Positions 60,494 through 64,000 of a stretch of DNA of 64,000 nt are shown piece after piece. The notes below the pieces were generated by a model. The model saw nothing but the letters and a program-made list of their open reading frames with translations, made no database searches and was not told the DNA's origin. The first letter of the stretch is position 1, and every line of letters starts with the position of its first letter. Source of the stretch: Roseibacillus sp. (lineage in GTDB: Bacteria; Verrucomicrobiota; Verrucomicrobiia; Verrucomicrobiales; Akkermansiaceae); contig CBDEUM010000029.1 of assembly GCA_965242925.1 (NCBI GenBank), positions 407,832-471,831 on the forward strand, read 5' to 3'. The position numbers and the translations under genes were made by a program.

Positions 60494-61532
60494 CAGTGCC
60501 GGCACGATGGGTTTCACCGTCGACGATGGAAATGGTCCGACCACCTACTATAGTCATCAACCGGGGGGTAATAACTCGAACTTCCCCCTGGCCGGAGCTG
60601 ATCCGTTCGGGGGAGCTCCCGGATACATTGGCAGCCAGGACACTGACGGGGGCACCACGACGCCCTCGAATTATACCCTGTTCACGGGATTGTCGGGGGC
60701 GGAGGTGACCATAACCGGTGTCCGGGGCAGTGCCGGGGACACGCGTTCGCGTCCCAACGGGTTTCAAATCGTGGCGATCGGCCCTCCCGTGAACGTTGAG
60801 ATCACTGAGTTCCGCCGCACGGGGACCGGGGATATCCAGATCAGCTGGAAAAGCCGCCAGGACCGGCAGTATGACATCCTGAGTAATGCCGACCTGAGCA
60901 CGCCACGGCTCCAGTGGGCCGAAGTGGCGGGCGCTCAGGATATCCAGGGTGATCCCTCGGGGATCACCACCACGGTGGTGGCGACGCCTTTTCCGGAGAC
61001 CGGATACCTGGTCGTGCGTGAAGAAGGGCTTCCGGCCCCCTTTGAGGACGACCTGGAGACCGACACGGGATGGACTGTCATTGTCAATGATGCCAATGGC
61101 AACACCAACTGGGAGCGGGGTAGTCCCAATGGCAGCACCGGTCCCCTGACCGGGGCCGATGGTTCCGCCAACGCGTGGTGCACCAACCTTGGTGACTACG
61201 GACCGAACTCCGATATCTCCCTTCGCTCACCGGCCATCGACCTGACCGGGGTGGTGGCCGCGGAGTTGAGCTTCGAGGCCTATCGGGACGGCGATGGGTT
61301 CGGGGACATTGCTTCCGTTCGTTTCCTGCGTGCGGCCGACCAGGTGCAGTTGGGGGCGGAAACCTCGATAGACATGACGACGTTCGATATCAATTGGACG
61401 GTTCAGACCATTCCGGTGGAAGCTGAGGCGATCGGGGAGAGCATCATGATTGAGTTTAATTTTGTCAGTGACAGCAGTCCGGATGTCTTCAGCGGACTCT
61501 CAATCGACAACGTTGAGGTGAACGTGCCCTGA
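60348..61532 (+). CDS. Paralog C-part: rest of domain copy 7 plus C-terminal region nearly identical to the 53962 gene
   Basis: MMQGYLDNFHDRPP... then VEITEF.RTGTGDIQISWKSRQDRQY...GLSIDNVEVNVP; LamG domain absent. Confidence 0.85.
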   Translation: MAETTAEAMPQMMQGYLDNFHDRPPIEITGIPDSFMSSGYELRIYHNTDSAGTMGFTVDDGNGPTTYYSHQPGGNNSNFPLAGADPFGGAPGYIGSQDTDGGTTTPSNYTLFTGLSGAEVTITGVRGSAGDTRSRPNGFQIVAIGPPVNVEITEFRRTGTGDIQISWKSRQDRQYDILSNADLSTPRLQWAEVAGAQDIQGDPSGITTTVVATPFPETGYLVVREEGLPAPFEDDLETDTGWTVIVNDANGNTNWERGSPNGSTGPLTGADGSANAWCTNLGDYGPNSDISLRSPAIDLTGVVAAELSFEAYRDGDGFGDIASVRFLRAADQVQLGAETSIDMTTFDINWTVQTIPVEAEAIGESIMIEFNFVSDSSPDVFSGLSIDNVEVNVP

Positions 61533-61574
61533 GATCCCGAGCCCTCCCGCGGAAGAGGGGGGGAGAGCGATTAG

Positions 61575-61745
61575 TGGGGCTACAAGCCGCTCGATCGCGC
61601 CAATCCGACCGAGTGCTATAACATTCATGCCACCATCCTGCATCAGCTTGGGATCGATCATGAGCGCCTCACTTTCCGCAGGGACAGCATGGATCGCCGT
61701 CTCACCAAGGTGCACGGCAATGTGATCAGGGAGATCCTCGCCTGA
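61575..61745 (+). pseudogene. Orphan 3' fragment of a DUF1501 gene
   Basis: Manual translation WGYKPLDRANPTECYNIHATILHQLGIDHERLTFRRDSMDRRLTKVHGNVIREILA*, a typical DUF1501 C-terminus, preceded by an in-frame TAG. Confidence 0.82.
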
Positions 61746-61946
61746 AATGCCTCATTCCCCGGTTCACAGGATAAGGCCCCCCTTTGGCCGGTGACGAGCG
61801 GGGGGATTCTTTCTTCAATGCGTCCGGCCCCTGCGGAGGGGAGAGAGTCAGGTGAAGACAGGTCTCGGGGATCGAGCTTCAATGTGAATAAGTGCCCTGA
61901 AAACAAGGTTGCCGCTGATCGTGCACTCGTGTAATCGTGTAGCACG

Positions 61947-62225
61947 ATGAAGAATGTGACAGTGAAATTGGAGGAAGCCCTGGTGCGGGCAGCGCGGCAT
62001 GAGGCGGTTGATGCGGGTCAGTCGCTCAGTGGTTGGTTGGCCGAATTGATCAGGGAACGTCTGGGACGAAGCGAGGTGGCCAGCGCGGTGGCGGAGGTGA
62101 TGGGCAAGGATGTCCGGGCGGTGGACAAGGAACTGGCGGCCTTTGATGAAGCGCGGCGGCGCGCTCTCGGGTATCTGGATCATCCGGTTTCCCTCGATGA
62201 CGAGGGCCACGAAAGGCGCGAGTGA
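61947..62225 (+). CDS. Putative antitoxin (ribbon-helix-helix/CopG-like)
   Basis: MKNVTVKLEEALVRAARHEA...SLS; overlaps the downstream PIN gene (GTGA). Confidence 0.78.
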   Translation: MKNVTVKLEEALVRAARHEAVDAGQSLSGWLAELIRERLGRSEVASAVAEVMGKDVRAVDKELAAFDEARRRALGYLDHPVSLDDEGHERRE

Positions 62226-62632
62226 GTGTCTTCGTTGACACGACGATCCTGGTATCCGCACACGACAGGGGAGCCGCCCGGCATGTGGTGGCCAACCGCC
62301 TTGTGCGGGAGCTGTGGCAATTGCCTGTCCTGCCGGTGATCAGCGTGCAGGTGTGCCGCGAACTCTGGCGTGCCTTGAACCGTTCTCCTGACCTGGAGCG
62401 GGACGTTCTGGTCCAGTTGGTTGAGAGTTATCTTGAGTGGTGCGTGGTTCCGGAGGATGGGGATCTCGTGTCCGCGGCGTTTGAGTTGCGGCGAAAATTT
62501 GACCTTCCGGTCTGGGATTCCTGGATCGTGGCAGCAGCCCAGAGGGCGGGAGTGCGGCAACTGTGGAGCGATGCCCTGGAAGTGGGGAGAGTCTTTGAGC
62601 AGGTGACCGTGGTCAATCCGCTGGTGGACTGA
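62222..62632 (+). CDS. vapC: PIN-domain (VapC-like) toxin
   Basis: VFVDTTILVSAHD, ISVQVCRE, WDSWIVAAA, LWSD, VVNP. Confidence 0.88.
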   Translation: MSVFVDTTILVSAHDRGAARHVVANRLVRELWQLPVLPVISVQVCRELWRALNRSPDLERDVLVQLVESYLEWCVVPEDGDLVSAAFELRRKFDLPVWDSWIVAAAQRAGVRQLWSDALEVGRVFEQVTVVNPLVD

Positions 62633-62637
62633 TTCCG

Positions 62638-64000
62638 CTACTTCTTCCTGAGGGTCTCGAGGTAGGCCACCAGGTCGGATAATTCAAGCGGGTGGAGGAG
62701 GCCCCCGAGACCGGCTGGCATGAGGGACTGCGGGAGCTCTTTGCGTGTCGTGATCTCCGATTTTTTCACAGCACGGGTGATCCCACCTGCCATACGGACG
62801 GTGAGTTTCTCGTCAGTGTCGGACGAGATGAAGCCGACCACGGTGTCGTTGGATCTGGTCCCGATCTGCACGCCGGTGTAGCCGTGAGATATGGCGTTGG
62901 AAGGGTAGAGGATGGCCTCAAAGAGAGCTTCCTTGGGCAACTTGTTTCCAATGCCGCTGAGGTTGGGTCCGTAGTTGATGCCCTCTCCATTGACCTGGTG
63001 ACAGGTGGAGCAGGTAGCTTTCACGAAGGACTTCCTGCCCTTGGCGGGCTGGCCCTTCATTCGCATGAGCTGGGAGAGGGGGGGCATTTCATCCGTTCCC
63101 GGGGGCGGGGCGAGCTTGAGAGCCCTGGCAATCTCGCTGCGGGTTTCAGCGTTGCTGGAACGGCTCAGGAGTGCTCCGGCCGTAAACTTCACATCGGTGG
63201 GCAGGTGGCCGTTCCGGGCGAGTTGAAGGAGGCGCTGTTCTCCCTGTCGGGTGACGGACAGGGCTTCCACGCAGGCACGACGCACCACGGTGTCCCCGGC
63301 CTCCTGCAGGGTCTGTTGCAGGTAATCGAGCGCGCGGTTGCTGCCGGATCGGCCGAGGGCGGTGGCCAGTGCCCTGCGCGATTCGATGTTGCCACTGCCC
63401 AGCGTGCGCTCAAGGATCTTGGGGTTGCCGAGCAGATGCCGGGCGGCATTGGCTCCCTCGCTGTTGTTGCGATTGGCCACGATGAACTCCAGCAGGGCGC
63501 TGAGGATGGCGTCGCTCTGCAGGTTGAAACGCGTGGCCAGTTCAACCAGCGCGGCCGATCCCCTCGCCTTGAGGGCCATCTCCTCCAGCTTCCGGATCCC
63601 ACCCGAATTCCTGATGGTCTCAAGATCAAGTTCCTTCAGGGCGAGAGTTGAGATATCGGGATTGCCACTTTCGAAGAGGGCGAGGGCGAATTGCTGGCGC
63701 TCATCGGATTCCCCATGGAAGTGAAGGGCGCGCAGGTAGCGATCGCGTTCCGAATCCTCGCGGGCGGAAATGATGAGTGGTCCGAGGTGGGAGAGAGCCT
63801 CGCCACAGCGTGCGCGCCAGACGAGGTCGGGATGCGGCTTGTTGCCCGTGGTGGCGAGGTAAGCCCTGAAGCGGGGGGACCAGCGCAGATCCGCGCCGAT
63901 GCCGAGGGCTTCAAGAAACCAGCGGTCGCCGCCCTGGTAGGAAGCGGCCAGGGACGCCCAGGCCTGGTCGGCAGTGGGTCGTTCGATGAAGCGAAGGGCG
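62638..64000 (-). CDS. PVC-type heme-binding CxxCH protein (3' part; begins beyond the window)
   Basis: CSTCH, GPNLSGIG, AILYPSNAI..GY, SLMPAGL...DLVAYL; the frame stays open upstream of 63579 to the window edge (DRWFLEALGIGA). Confidence 0.9.
   Translation of the reverse strand, partial: ALRFIERPTADQAWASLAASYQGGDRWFLEALGIGADLRWSPRFRAYLATTGNKPHPDLVWRARCGEALSHLGPLIISAREDSERDRYLRALHFHGESDERQQFALALFESGNPDISTLALKELDLETIRNSGGIRKLEEMALKARGSAALVELATRFNLQSDAILSALLEFIVANRNNSEGANAARHLLGNPKILERTLGSGNIESRRALATALGRSGSNRALDYLQQTLQEAGDTVVRRACVEALSVTRQGEQRLLQLARNGHLPTDVKFTAGALLSRSSNAETRSEIARALKLAPPPGTDEMPPLSQLMRMKGQPAKGRKSFVKATCSTCHQVNGEGINYGPNLSGIGNKLPKEALFEAILYPSNAISHGYTGVQIGTRSNDTVVGFISSDTDEKLTVRMAGGITRAVKKSEITTRKELPQSLMPAGLGGLLHPLELSDLVAYLETLRKK

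Noticed and set aside
43141..61532. Diversity-generating retroelement as the cause of repeat variation
   Set aside because: No reverse transcriptase in the window, differences include indels and block swaps rather than adenine-specific changes, and all copies are coding.

Overview
GC-rich bacterial chromosome segment, most consistent with Verrucomicrobiota (PVC superphylum), judged from a PEP-CTERM protein, Verru/Chthon-type prepilin genes, DUF1501/1549/1553/1552/1592 genes and a PVC heme-binding CxxCH protein. Positions 1-19.5 kb are mostly housekeeping genes (thyA, ArfB-like, panB, folK, dapBAF, trpA, queD, DAHP synthase, LOG, tlyA, LarA-like, an isolated nuoBC pair with a perfect Rex-type palindrome, rhomboid, three prepilin-like genes, GntP). 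Positions 19.6-27 kb hold two divergent PVC DUF gene pairs. At 27.6-33.8 kb the junction between comM and a convergent surface-protease gene is duplicated and has decayed reciprocally around about 3.9 kb of cargo (degenerate PolX, methyltransferase, CvfB). The most striking region is 43-61.5 kb: a secreted-protein locus in which one ~205-210 aa domain that I cannot assign occurs 7 times in 4 genes with different architectures (CotH/lamin-tail, PEP-CTERM only, TSP3+LamG, triple tandem). The copies are very similar in DNA and show a patchwork pattern of variants that suggests segmental recombination. Four single-base frameshifts split long genes and may be assembly errors. No rRNA, tRNA, CRISPR array, transposase, integrase or reverse transcriptase was recognised. 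All family calls are by-eye motif recognition, not database searches.
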